DNA from: Flaccisagitta enflata
Lineage: Eukaryota
DNA length: 64,000 nucleotides
Direction: 5' to 3'
Assembly (NCBI GenBank): GCA_965153355.1
Contig: OZ231126.1
Location: 48,236,001-48,300,000, forward strand
Notes under the pieces: model-generated
Databases searched by the model: none
What the model was told of the DNA's origin: nothing
Seen by the model: the letters and a program-made list of their open reading frames with translations, nothing else
Made by a program: the position numbers and the translations under genes
Shown: positions 1 to 13,100 of the stretch, piece after piece
How positions within the stretch are numbered: position 1 is the first letter of the stretch
Layout: each line of letters begins with the position of its first letter

Positions 1-328
1 AAATATACCCAAATTATTTTTTTTCTTTTGCCTAAATGCTTAAAAATTACTCCTTGATTCACTTTGAAATCCATCTAGAACCATATAATGGGACCGATTT
101 CAGTTTAAAAAAAAGAAAAAAAAAGATATATCTTCCGAAGGGGAATCCTGAGGAAATTCTTTCCTATCTGCTTCTGTGTTAAGTCTCTGCTTACCCTAAA
201 CATGGTTCCCAAATTGGGAATCCCAATTGATTTTAAAATCAATCAACGGCTCATTGCAGGGAATCTTCGAATGAGTATAAAATAATTAGGTTCATTTTCA
301 ATTAGGTTCATTTTCTGCATCAGTTCTA

Positions 329-891
329 TTTTTAGTCGCGTGCTACGCGACTCTACACTAGGGTGACTTAAAATATGGTCAAATCCGAATCTCGTCTTTC
401 TCGCGGGAGAAATGTGACCATTTCCATTATAGATGGTAACTCTAAAATCTGGGGATGATCAGACAAAGTTTACTTATGGCCGCAACCCTACCCCATTCCC
501 ATTATAAAAGATAGGAAGCTGCAGAGGCCAAATTCCCTCCTGTATATTTTCTATGGGAAATGAGGGGGGGTTGCGGCCATGAGTAAACTTCATTTGATTG
601 CCACCAGATTTTAGGGTTATCATCTGTGATGGAAATGGTCTCATTTCTCCCGCGAGGGAGACCAGATTCAAATGTGACCATATTTTCAGTCACCCTACTC
701 TACACCCCGCTTTGTCGGTCCGTCGGTCCGTCCGTCCGTCCGTCCGTCCGTCCGTCCGTCCGTCACACTTTACTTTTTCGGCGTTAATGGGGTTTTTGGC
801 CTTACTGCTCCTGCCCAAATGCTCCGCTGACCTCAATTATGGCCCCTGCCCACCCGCACGCGACTGGGGTAGCCGTGTATCCGGCCTTGTT
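329..891 (+). mobile_element. HINE/DINE-1-like non-autonomous Helentron element, interrupted by a hAT MITE
   Basis: 5' palindrome AGTCGCGT-GCT-ACGCGACT, (GTCC)n microsatellite, 3' ACGCGACT subterminal repeat and (A/G)GCCGTGTATCCGGCC hairpin, in T-rich flanks. Confidence 0.7.
359..697. mobile_element. hAT-type MITE
   Basis: TAGGGTGACT...AGTCACCCTA termini with longer imperfect arms; 8-bp TSD CTCTACAC at 351-358 and 698-705. Confidence 0.9.
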
Positions 892-2829
892 TTTTTTTAA
901 CATCAAATAGGGAAATGGGAGGTTTTTCATTGTCTCAAATAGTAGTGCGGTGACTGCGGCTCGGCCAATTACTTTGTTTTCTTAGGTAATTCAATTAGCC
1001 CTAACAAGCGGAGTAAATACTGCAACCTCAACTTGTCCGTTTCATCCTCTTGAAACTCAGAGGGAGTGAAACGAAATGATAAATGAACAAGAATCACTGC
1101 GGTTGAAGAACGAGGAGTTGGAGAAAAAGCGCGAAAAGCTCACGCAGAAGTCTACTCTGAAGGTAGAGACTAGAGTCCAGTGTATTTTTTGCTCCAGAGA
1201 CGTGGAGGATTCGACACGCAATCTGTGAGACTCAAATGCTAGTCTCATAGCTCAAATCACACTGTCGAGGCAAATATCCCAGTCTCGAAGCTCAAATCCC
1301 AGCCTCAGATTCAGATCTCATCTGTACGGCTCAAATCCCAGCCTCAATAGGGAAGTTGATGCAAAAATCGCAATAGAACGCCGAGGGGAAGTTAAGCGTT
1401 ACCGACTGACCAACAGACGGCACGCCACGGGGAAAACATCTGCCGGCTGTATCAAATACTCGGTCTTAATGTCCATTCGTTTTGTCAACAGGAAGACTTC
1501 CTCTATCTGTTTCTATGAAAGATAAAAGAAATGCGCTTCAAAATTTGTTAAAAATCAACAAAAGGTAGCTCTACAATCATGTTTTTGCCATGAATCTTTT
1601 CACATTAAAATCATTGAAGTTTCGAGTAAAGATTTAAATTCCTGGTCAAATTTCCAATCGTTTGATAGGCCGCACTATATAGTTCTACTAAAAAAAAAAG
1701 TCGAATTTTCCTTCAATATATGACAACAACATTGCTAATATAACAACCAACAGTGATGTAACAAAAAACTGAACTTTTTTGTTTCTTGATAAAAGCATAT
1801 AGTGCGACCTATCAAATGAACAGAAATTTTGCAAGGAATACGATTCTTTTACAAGAATTAAAGATGGGCGACAGCCATTCGACTTATCTGGCAAAACATA
1901 GAAAAAATTTAAAATTTTGTTAGTAAAAAAAAAATAATTTTGAAGCCATTTTTTCTCTCTTTGCTAGGGAGTGATAGAGTAGACCTTCCTGAAGTCCAAA
2001 TCCCTCCCCGTCATGACCGAGCATTTTTCTTGACCTATGAAAGCCTCCCCCTCAGCGTGACGGATGAACCGACGGACTGACGTACAAACGAAGCAAGCAG
2101 CCAAATATTGAGCTCGGCAGTAATCTCACGTAGGAGAATAGTAAGAGTAATTCTTACGTAGACAAGCAATGGATCCTCTAAAATGCCTTTCTCGAAACTG
2201 CGCTCTCAAAGGATTGTCACTACTATCTTGGCCGAAAGAAACGCAGCAGTTGTTTTACTTAATTGAGTGTCTTTGCCAAGTCGGATTCAATAAAGATTCA
2301 TGACAGAAAAAAACTAGAGCAAAAGATCTATCCAACCCTGCAATCCGCATCTCACTAAGTCTAACAGTTAAAAAATGAGTGTAGATTGAAGAAAAAGAGT
2401 CATTTCAGACATAAGAAATCTTTACCCATACGGTCTCGGAACTGGCAGCAAAACATTAGGAAATTGTTTGTAGATACGTTTTGCTCTTTACCGTGTCCTG
2501 GACAAAATTGCGAAACCTAGACGAAATGTTCTACATCCAGGACACGAAAACTAACTAGCTGAATGAAACGTAAAATGATACTTTGCAGCTATGAGATACA
2601 TCAAAATATTTGCTGCTTTGTCATGTACCTCTCTGACTCTACTGGGCTCATACGACATGTACACACCAAGAATAAAAGGAAACATGTTAATAAGGTAACA
2701 CTTTTTTATTTTGAACAATGACTACAGCAATTCCTTAGGTTTATGAAGATGTTCATCTTGACCTCGTCATAGTCAAATAATCTTATACTATCCAAAATTT
2801 TTTGTCGGTCACATTATGTCTGTCTGTCT

Positions 2830-3030
2830 CTCTCGCTTTCGTTCTTTCGTTCTTTCGTTCTTTCGTTCTTTTGTTCTTTCGTTCTTTTGTTCTTTTGTTC
2901 TTTTGTTCTTTTGTTCTTTCGTTCTTTCGTTCTTTCGTTCTTTTGTTCTTTTGTTCATTCTTTCATTCTTTCATTCTTTCTTTCTTTCTTTCTTTCTTTC
3001 ATTCATTCATTCTTTCTTTCTTTCTTTCTT

Positions 3031-3098
<68 letters not shown>
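2830..3098. repeat. Compound microsatellite (GTTCTTTC/TTTC/CT)n, representative of dozens of (CT/GA)n, (GT)n, (AAC/GTT)n and (GAAT)n tracts in the window
   Basis: Directly visible. Other large tracts: 9478-9570, 14843-15050, 25520-25730, 26170-26370, 35410-35692, 36000-36267, 50660-50775, 50975-51196. Confidence 0.95.
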
Positions 3099-3104
<6 letters not shown>

Positions 3105-4881
3105 CTCTCTCTTTGTTTGAGTAAGAACAAGGCCGGATACACGGCAATCCAGTTGCGGATGGTCGGGCAGGAGCAGTGATGCAAAAACCACTTGGAATTC
3201 AGAAAAATTACCGACTGACCGACACGGCAAGTTGTAGAGTCGCTTTTTTGCGACTAAAAATGGACTTAGCCTTCAGACTGTCAAAAATTCTTATTTAACT
3301 TGACTACACCCGTCAACTGCAAAGTTACGCATTTAGCATACTAAAAATAAAAGCCGGAAATACGGCATTTAAGCGGGCGTCCGTGTCCCCTGGCGTGGAA
3401 AGACCGCTACGAAGAAACCGCAGCCCGCAGGACCTGTGTCTGTGTGTGCGGTAACATGTGTGTGTGTTGCATCAGAAAGTTGATATAGCCGGATACACGA
3501 CCAGTAAGTAGTCGCTAATGGATGACAAGGGCAGTAATGTGAGTGGGCAGGACGGTATGGGGGTGGGCAGGGGCTGTTATTTGGCTGGGCAGAAGCTGTA
3601 ATGCTCAAAAGTCGCTATTTCAGCCAATCTTGTGTCAAAAAGTTTTTGCATTCCTGACCTTTGAATCTTCTTACAGACACTTTCTCTTATAGAGTCGTTT
3701 TGCAAGCTACTGAAACGCATGAACGAGGTCATGACAGAGACGGTGAAGCCGTTATGATAAGTCTTCACACCCAAATAAACCTGATTGAGTTTGACAAGCG
3801 GGTCTGGGTTTCACTCCTTCGCCTCTTTCACGCTCAATTTGGGCAAGATGATGATGTAAGCCTCGACGAAAGCCTGCAGGAATTCCGCGTCCAAAGGCAC
3901 CTACATGATGATGCAGAATATGAAAATGAATTTTCTGTCCATTTGTAATTTTGCATCGATAAAAGCAGCGCAAAAGTAAACAGGTTGCTCAAGTGGCATA
4001 TGGTCAGCGGTTCTGGAAGCCCCATCGATGATATTATTGTATGGGGCAGCGGCCCGGGGGGGGCACGTATGATTCCACATAAGGCAATTTTGTTCCAGCT
4101 TTGAATAGTAGTGTCTATTTTGAGGTCTGGGAGAGATATTTTGTGGCCTGAGAGAGCTGATTTCAGGTCTAAGAAGGTTGGTTTCAGGTCAAAGAGGGGT
4201 GATTTTAGGCCTGGAAAGGCAAATTTTAGGCTTTGAAGGGCTGAATTGAGTCCCAGAAGCGCTGTTTTGAGCTTCTGAGAGAATTGTTTCGGGCCTGGGA
4301 GGGCTGATTCTATGCTAGGGAGGGACAATTTGAAGCCCGAGAGAGCTGATTTCAGGCCTGAGAACGCTGATTTGAGGGCTGAGGGGGCTAATTTGAGGCC
4401 TGAGAGGGCTGATTTCAGGCCCGAAAAGGCCAATTTGAGTCCCTGAGAGGGCGGATTTGACGCCTAGAATGGCTGGGGGGGGACAGAGAAAAGGAGAAAC
4501 AAAATTGTCCTCCGGAGCCACTGCCCAAAAAGGGATGAACAGACTGACAAATGGGTGAACCAACAGAGGAACAAAGCGGGTGGTAGATTCGCGTAGCACG
4601 CAACTAAAAATATAATTATGTGCATAATAAGTTTTGCAGATGTATGTATTTTACCAGTCTTAGGAAAAAACCTTTTCAGTTGCAGTAACGCCATCTTGTT
4701 CTTGATTGCTGTCAACCATCCATAAAAGCGTAACGCAGCGGCGAATCCATTCGCTATCGAATTTGAATATTTGGTGAAGTTTGCGATTCTTATGAGCAGA
4801 ATGAAAAATATGCGCAGCTTTTCTCAGTTTCACATTATCGATACTACCCTGTTTGATTTATGTGACACTCAAAAATCCTCC

Positions 4882-4938
<57 letters not shown>

Positions 4939-6132
4939 TCTCGCCCTTACGCTCGCTCGCTCTCTCGCTCTCTCGTCTTTGCGCTCTCTTGCACTCGCAC
5001 TCCCTCCCCAGCTCTCACTTTCGCTCTCTCTAGCTCTCTGTAGTATTCTGTGTCCGTAAATAAAAACTATGCGGACAATGGAATAATACTAACGCTCTTG
5101 ACAGATAGACTGATCTGGTCATTTCTTTTAGTACCTACAATAACTCCACGTCAATGTGTGAAGAATTCCCTTCTGAAAATACTCCCAAATCTTCAAGACG
5201 TTTTTCGTTTATCTTCATGACGAAAAAAAAATAAATGACTAGCAGGACTTGAAAAGTATGAGTGCGAAGGACTTTATGCGGCGATTCAACGCCCCATTTG
5301 TTTTACATTGCTTTCCTTCATATGCGAAAAGTGAGAAAAATATTATCCCCTTAAAATTGCTCATGTTCAATTGGTTACAATTTATTTTTTTCTGAATAGA
5401 TTTACAAAAAATTGGTGACAGAGTTTACCTATACGCTTTTTTATACGCCACCTCTACCGGAAGTGGCAGATGAGACGCAAAATCGTATTTGGCGCTAAAA
5501 TGAGTTTCCCATTGGCGTTTTTCAGTTTTTTTACTTGGCAATGAAGGAGTAGAACTATTTAGGGAATTCATAGTGGATTTTCTGCGATCATTATGAAAAT
5601 CTAATAAAAATTTCCAGAATTTTTTTGCTAGCATGAAAAGATTATTGTCATTTCTCATTTCTATTTATTTTTGTTATTCTTATAAGTTCTTCTTTTTCAC
5701 TTTTCACTTTTCACTTTTCACTTTTCACTTTTTATTTTTCACCTTTTATTTTTACTTTTCATTTTTGACTTTTTATTTTTCATTTTTTTTGTAATTTTCT
5801 ATTTTTCCATTTTATTCATTACTTTTTATGGATTTTTTTCCTTTTCAATGTACTATACTTTTAATAATTCTGTTGTCACTTTTTTCATCTTTTTCATTTA
5901 TATTTGATGTTTTTTACTCATATCTTATTTATCAAATTTTTTGTAATTATCTCATTTATTATATTTTATAGTAATATATTTTTCACCATTTGATTTGTTT
6001 TGATAAAACAGAAAATAAAGTGAAATAAATGATCGATGATTCTCCCTCATGCTTATGTCAAGATTGTATCATCCCAAAAGAAATGCTGAAATGAGTCCAG
6101 AATCATGTTCTCCTTGTCTATGTCTGTTTGTG

Positions 6133-6225
<93 letters not shown>

Positions 6226-6320
6226 TTTCACCTGCAATAATCCCATTTACGATTGTTATGGGCCATATGTTTTGGTTAGATCGAAACTCTGGTTACATGA
6301 AGTGACGACCAAATCGATCG

Positions 6321-6375
<55 letters not shown>

Positions 6376-6949
6376 GAGACAACGAAGAAAGAATATCACA
6401 GGACCCATAGATGAGACTGAGTGTCAAGAAAAAATCAAATGGCCAATCATTTTTTCATGAACTGTCCTTTATTCTGTTCAAGTCTCAATCTTGAGATAGC
6501 ACGTCGATGGCAATGCTCTTAATAATCTTAATCCATAACTAGAAAATAGTTACAAAACTTATTTTCTTTCATAATATGGACGAAAAGCAAATGAGAACAT
6601 TTGAATGAAAAAACACCACTATGCTTTGCTCAAGCATTTTCCTTAAAAGTCAACGATGCATCACAGGCACTGAAAAACTCATTTCATCTTAAAGAATAGT
6701 AGTAATTGTAATACTACTAAAAAAACGTTAAAAGGCGTTTTTTAGGCTAAAAACTCCACTTATACGCAACCTGCTATGCATATAATCTCAATTATACTTC
6801 CGTTATATACCACTAGATGATTTTGTTTGAAACTCCAAACTCTAGTGACAGTTGGAAAGGTCGTGAAAATATCTTTAAAATGGGACCATCCGGGCATTTT
6901 TAGCTTAATTTATTTAGAGATTAAAGGCAAAACAATGTTTATTATCCAA

Positions 6950-7080
6950 AAAATGGGCTTGAAAAAAAATGCTCAAAAGATTTGGAGAGCAATCACACCC
7001 GAATACCTGCAGCAGCTATATCAATCCATGCCATAGTGAATACAAGCCATCATTGATGCTGGGGGAGCCCATATTCCTTA
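6950..7080 (+). pseudogene. Tc1-like transposase C-terminal remnant
   Basis: AQKIWRAITPEYLQQLYQSMP**IQAIIDAGGAH resembles the Tc1 C-terminal pattern W..I....L..L..SMP.R..AVI...GG. Confidence 0.75.
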
Positions 7081-7845
7081 TTGGAATAAAATTTTTGTAT
7101 TTGTTTTTAACATCTGAGCTTGATATTAAACATTTCTATCAACTGCTGTGTTTCTTTCGGCCAAGATAGTAGACTAATTTTTTTTGTTTTTGAGTGGCAA
7201 AAGTACCCCACATGCACGGCATTTGAATCTAGTTGAAGTTAACTCTTGAAGAACAGTTGGCTACATTCGCTAATTTAAAGAGCCAAACAAAATCATTACG
7301 ACGCAAAAGTTATGATTTGTTCCACAGGTGAATTTACTTAAAGTGATTAAATTCTATATTCACAATTGAGCAACATTGAAACTATGCATACAATTACAAA
7401 AGGAAATCAAAAGAATACAGCGTGCTTTCTTTATCGGTTGATGCAGAATGCTTAAGTCTTTTCACAAGGAATGCGTTTGTCGATTTGGAATGCTTTGATT
7501 GATTGATACGGAATGTCGAGGTCCAAGATCAAGAGCATGTATCCAGATATCAATTCTTCTTTGGCTTGATTGAGGGTTCCTGTTGCTTATATTTTTTCAT
7601 CAATATATTGATCATTAGGCAACATTGGCACACTAAGTAGTTACTAAGTAGTTACTGAAGTATACTGATTAAAAAGGACATTCAACGGATATTTAGCTCT
7701 ATCGTGATTTTTCATAAGAGGATAACCACCAGGGAAGAGCCATTGAATTTGAAAAAGAACGGAATGCGGGGATCCCCTTGACTCAGTTAAGTACAAGAGT
7801 GACGAAGGAAACCCAAATGAAAATATCTGTTTGATTTAAGGAGTA

Positions 7846-8109
7846 AGGGCGTGTTTCTAGTGACAAACAACGCGTTTGTACCCGTGAAACGCGTTCACAG
7901 CGTGAACACATATTCAAGAATTTCAACTGTCCCACGAGGGAGTGAGCGAAGTGAGTGAGCGAGCCCATGAACGGAGCGAGCGAGTGAAGCGAGCGTAGCG
8001 AAGTGAAGCGGAGCGCTGCGTAGCGAGTGAGTGGTGCGAGCGAACGAACGAAGCGAGCGACCGAGTGGCCTGTTCAAAACGCGTTTGTCTTTGACTAGAA
8101 ACGCCCCCT
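7846..8109. mobile_element. MITE with GGGCG(TG)TTTCTAGT...ACTAGAAACGCCCC TIRs and an internal GAGCGA-rich tract
   Basis: Imperfect ~35-bp inverted ends with repeated gagcga/gagtga motifs inside. Confidence 0.65.
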
Positions 8110-8628
8110 GAGTCCCAATATTGAGATATCTACTAGTATTGTGAATTTTGTTGGGTTACAGTTTAAAAAAAAATCCTATTTCTCTCTGTAAAGTAAGGGA
8201 GAATATCTAATGTTTTTCCCTGTTGGCATCAACTCGTCTTGTGTTTATAAAATCGGTTTCCTTTTATTTGGGAGAGAAAACCATCGCTTATATTCATTCA
8301 TTCAATCATTCAGTCTCTTACCTTTATATCCCATCCTTGCCGAGCGAACGTGACTTAAGTTTCGAGTGACCTTATCTTTTTTTCTTCTTCTACTTTTACA
8401 TCTTCTCCTTCCTCTTCTTATTCTTCTTTCCTCTCGTTTCCCCTTTTCAGCGCTTTTTTTAATTCATTCAATCAAGTTTTTCTTATTTTTCCTATTCTCT
8501 TCTTAATGGTGCCTGTCATTTTTTTTCGGAGTCCGTTACTTTGCCTTACTCAGCCATCTACCCTCAGCTTTCAGCCTTCAGCCTTCCGCCCTCTGTGATT
8601 CCGTCTGTCTGTATCCATGACAACTTAC

Positions 8629-9092
8629 TTCTCCTTTCTCTTGACGTCGTAGGCGACGTGAACGAGGACGCGTCTGGCTTGGCACTGCATCTTGACGATG
8701 ATCTTGGACAAAGAAGCTTCACGGATCTCCTCGAGTTGGGACAGCATACCAGCGCGGAACATGATCTGGAAAATGGACAACGATAGATCAGTAACCGATC
8801 ATAAAATGAATTATGCTGAAGCAATAAAATGATTAAATACTGTAGTCCAAGTGAAAACCAGTTATTGAAGATATTGTCACGTGTATGGAAAACGGCAGGA
8901 ATGGCCAATGAGGCTAAATGGCATAATGTTAAATGAAGAAAGATATTGTCGAGTAGTAATGTTGTCCAACTTTCATAAACGTAAGACGCAACGAAATCTC
9001 TTTCGTACCATCAGATTGATCCTCAGCTAGGAAAACAACCACTTTTGTAAGAAGGAACGACCAACCGATGGACAGACAAGTAGGCAGATGCA

Positions 9093-9161
<69 letters not shown>

Positions 9162-9202
9162 CAAAAGTCTCGACGTCTTTACAATATCCATTCCATTCCA
9201 TA

Positions 9203-9257
<55 letters not shown>

Positions 9258-9476
9258 ACCTTGGTCTTGCCGCAACGGAATGAGTCGGCGTCCATGCCGG
9301 CGTGGACGAGGGCCTTCTGGGCGCACTCTTTCGGGTCACCGGCCAAGTCGGCGAAGATTTTGGGGGCGACGATGGAGTAACGCACCATGAAGTCAGCGTG
9401 GGGCACCTTGTTAGGCAGACCCAACATACAAATGCGGATACCTGAAAAATGAAAAGAATGATGTTGTTTTTGCTGC

Positions 9477-9573
<97 letters not shown>

Positions 9574-10052
9574 ATTATTGTCGTTGCTGTTGTTGTTGTT
9601 TGTTGTTGCTGTTGCTGATGGTGGTGGTGATGTTGTTGTTGATGTTATTGTCATTGCTGTTGTTGTTGTTATCATTAGAAATCCTGTAGAACCATCCTAA
9701 GCATAAAACCTACTTACCCTCGAGCACACCGTTGCAGTTAAGCTGGTGCATGACAAGAGGAGCATCGATGTGTCCGGACTTCTTGATCTCGTTAGGGATG
9801 ATGCAACGCACGAAGTGAGGATGAGTAGAGTGCAAGTTGGTCATTAACTTCATCAAGGACTCTCTGTTGGTCAAGAATGAGTGAAATGTATGAATGAAGT
9901 TGTAATCGCCTACAGTTAAAAGTGAGCTATCCATAATAGGTAAGGAGAAAATAAGGGATGACCGACGGACGGACCGACAGGGCGACGGACGGACAAAGCC
10001 TCTTTTAGAGTTGCGTGTCCGCAACTAAAACGAACTCTTCAACGTCCTAAAG

Positions 10053-10144
<92 letters not shown>

Positions 10145-13100
10145 TCAACAACTGCTCTCACCTGTGGGCAGCGGAAATGGTCATCATGGAAGCACCCTTC
10201 TTCTTGGTGCCATCATCTTTCTCTTGGAAGACAAGAGCGCAGACAGGATTACCGGCCTGACCCATCATGCCAGTGACGGCCTCATTGACGGGATCCTAAG
10301 ACGAGAAATTGATTGATTTATTGATTGAAAGATTGAAAGATTGATTGATTGATTGATTAATAGATTGAATGGTCGATTGATTTATTTATTGATACATAGA
10401 TTTTTTGATATATCATTCGAGTAAATATAATTCAACATGGCATACTGTTTGTTATTAATACCTTGTTCTTGAAGAGCCAGCCAGTGACGTTGTATCCGAC
10501 GGTACCGGCGTAGTGGTGGACCTCGAAGTGAGCCTCGGGCTTGCCTTTTTTGGCGGGTTTGGGCTTGCCAAAGGACTTATGCTTGCCCAAGTGCTTGCCC
10601 ATCATCTTCTCCAAGTAGGTCTTGTCAGTGGCCTTGGGGACGATGCACTCTTCCTCCAACATGGCCAAGATGCCCATCTTCTTCTCGATCAGCTCGATGG
10701 TGACGACCAAGTCCATACCGAAGTCGACGAAAGCCCATTGGATGCCCTCGCGCTTGTACTCTTCCTGCTCCTCAACGAACATGTGATGGTTGAAGAACTG
10801 CTGAAGACGCTCGTTGGTGTAGTTGATGAGAAGCTGTTCCAAGACATTGAGCTCGAAAATCTCGAAACCGGCGATGTCCAAGACGCCGATGAAATTCTTT
10901 CTGGGATTGGGGGTGTCCAAAGAGTCGTTGACAAGGGCAACAACCCAATCGAACATACGGGCGAAGAGGGACTTGGAAGTGGCGGAGACGGAGAAGTTGA
11001 CCTGGTCAACATTCTGGCCCTTCTTAACGAAATCCTTACCGACCTTCAACTTGGGCTTCATGAAGGTGTCGATGAACCAGTCGACCTCGATGTCGAGCAA
11101 TTTGGCGGCCTTCTCAACCCACTCCTGACCATCGGGCTCGGCCTGCTCCTCGCGACCCTTCTGCTTCCATTTCTGGTTACCCAAGTAGGCGATGGCGATG
11201 GTGCCCTTGTACAAGCCATCTTTCTGTTCCTGGTTAAAGCCGAGGGTGTCCAAGGCGGTATCGGTAGCGCGCATTTCCTCGGCGTCATCCATACCGGCGA
11301 CGGTCAACACACCCTGGGCGATGAAGAAGTAATCGCCGGGGAAGGGCTTGTCGCCCAACAAGCACATCTGCCAGTAGTGGGGGTAAGCGTCGGTCATGAG
11401 CTGGTAAAAGATGTGGTAATTTCTCTCGATCTCCAACTGGAAGGTGATACGGGACTTCTCCAAGAGGTAAGTCTCGATATCGGCGGCGGCGATCTTGGAG
11501 GTGGGGCCGAAATGGATACGGATGAACTTACCCTGGAGGAAAGAAGTGAAAACGACTCTAAGAATCACCGCGCTATTATCACAAATGAAAACGCAATAAT
11601 TGATGTAAAATTGGCCAAAATGCTAATTTTTAGAGAAGAACTGCCTCTGATCGATCTCATGCGCCTGATCTTTGTCGTATATGCTTTGCATCATCCTTTT
11701 TTTAGTCGCGGACTAGCGACTCTATAAGAGGCTTTGTCCGTCCGTCCGTCCGTCCGTTGGTCGGTCGGTCGGTCGGTTGGTCGGTCGGTCCGTGGTGATC
11801 GAGTTGGAAAGTGTGAAAACACGCATTTCCGCCCCTGCCCACCCGTCCGCGACTGGTATTGGCCGTGTATCCGGCCTTGTTTTTTCACCATTCTAAACAA
11901 GATGGCATGGCAACGGGAGATACTTACGAAACGAGAGGAGTTGTTGTTACGGACGGTTTTGGCGTTACCGTAGGCTTCCAAGGGCGGGTTGGCCTGGATA
12001 ATCTGCTCCTCGAGGGAACCGGCATTGGCACCCTGGGAAGCCTTGGACTTGGCGGCCTGTCATTTTAAGTAATGAAAAATAGATTCTACCATTCAGTCGA
12101 GTCTAGAAGTACTTATAGAATCAATATTCGTCCTTTTCATTCAATGTAAACATGAGCTCTATAATTAGATAGCATGCCTTTATTTCGGTATCTTCATTCA
12201 ATCATCAATTCACCCACTCATTCATTCGGTCATTCATTCATTCTTTCGTTCATTCATCCATCCATTAATTTTTCCGTTTTTTCTATCCACTGACCTTAGG
12301 ATCGGCGCAGTTCAGGGCGTAGTACTGAAGCACCTTCTTAGTATTCTCGGTCTTTCCGGCGCCAGACTCACCGGTAATCAAGGAAGACTGATGCTTGCCC
12401 TCTGTTCAACGTCAAGAGAAAAATTGTTGATCCCGGTGATAAACTCATACAACAAGTCAACAACAGCAACAACAACAACAACGACACCATCAATAACGAT
12501 AACAAAAGCAACGACAACAAAATCTATAACACCAACGCCATTAAGTAACAACGACAATGAAAATCAAAAACAACAAAAATAACAACAACGACAACAGCAA
12601 CGAAAACAACAACAAAAATCTCAGCATCAACAACATCTATAGCAACAATAACAACGCAACAACAACACCGACACCGACAGAAAAAAAAAACATTACCAAC
12701 AACGACATCAACAATAACACCAACAAAAACTCACCCATCTCGAGAAGTTGGAGAGCGCCGTCAGCGACAGCGTACAAATGAGGAGGAGCGTCGGTACGTC
12801 TGCGGTTTCTGTAATGGGCTCTCATGATGGGAGTGTACACCATCAACCACTTGTAAGGGTTGATACAGATACAGAAGAGACCAGAGTAGGTGTAGATCTG
12901 GAGAACCTTGTAACGGGTTCTCAAGTTGTGGAGGACACATGCCCTGTTGAAGCAGAGAGAAAAACGATGTTGTAAACGTTTACAGGCTGAACAGAAACAC
13001 GGCAAGGAAGACCAATCAAAGGCGCCGGTTGAGCGATGAGTCGTCCAGACGAAGCGATTCCGACGGACCGACAGACAGACGGACACGGCGTCTTATAATC

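Larger units (their letters stand above)
2223..7169 (+). mobile_element. Candidate decayed Tc1/mariner-like element defined by a TIR pair
   Basis: TACTATCTTGGCCGAAAGAAACGCAGCAGTTG at 2221-2252 matches the reverse complement of 7140-7171 at 31/32 nt. A transposase C-terminal remnant lies just inside the right TIR. Confidence 0.5.

Noticed and set aside
1076-1170. Coiled-coil-like peptide MINEQESLRLKNEELEKKREKLTQK as a possible myosin rod piece
   Set aside because: Wrong strand for the myosin gene, preceded by an in-frame stop and too short to assign.
2802-3230. SLSLSL, ERERER, CVCVCV, poly-L and poly-V ORFs here and throughout the track
   Set aside because: Translations of di- and trinucleotide microsatellites. 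Kept only where embedded in splice-supported exons.
3834-4433. 199-aa ORF with LKSALSG heptad repeats, and similar RPKSQP ORFs at 17-21 kb and 53.7 kb
   Set aside because: Translation of the 21-bp minisatellite inside a dispersed element.
10513-11727. 404-aa plus-strand ORF
   Set aside because: Antisense shadow of the large myosin exon, kept open by its biased codon usage.
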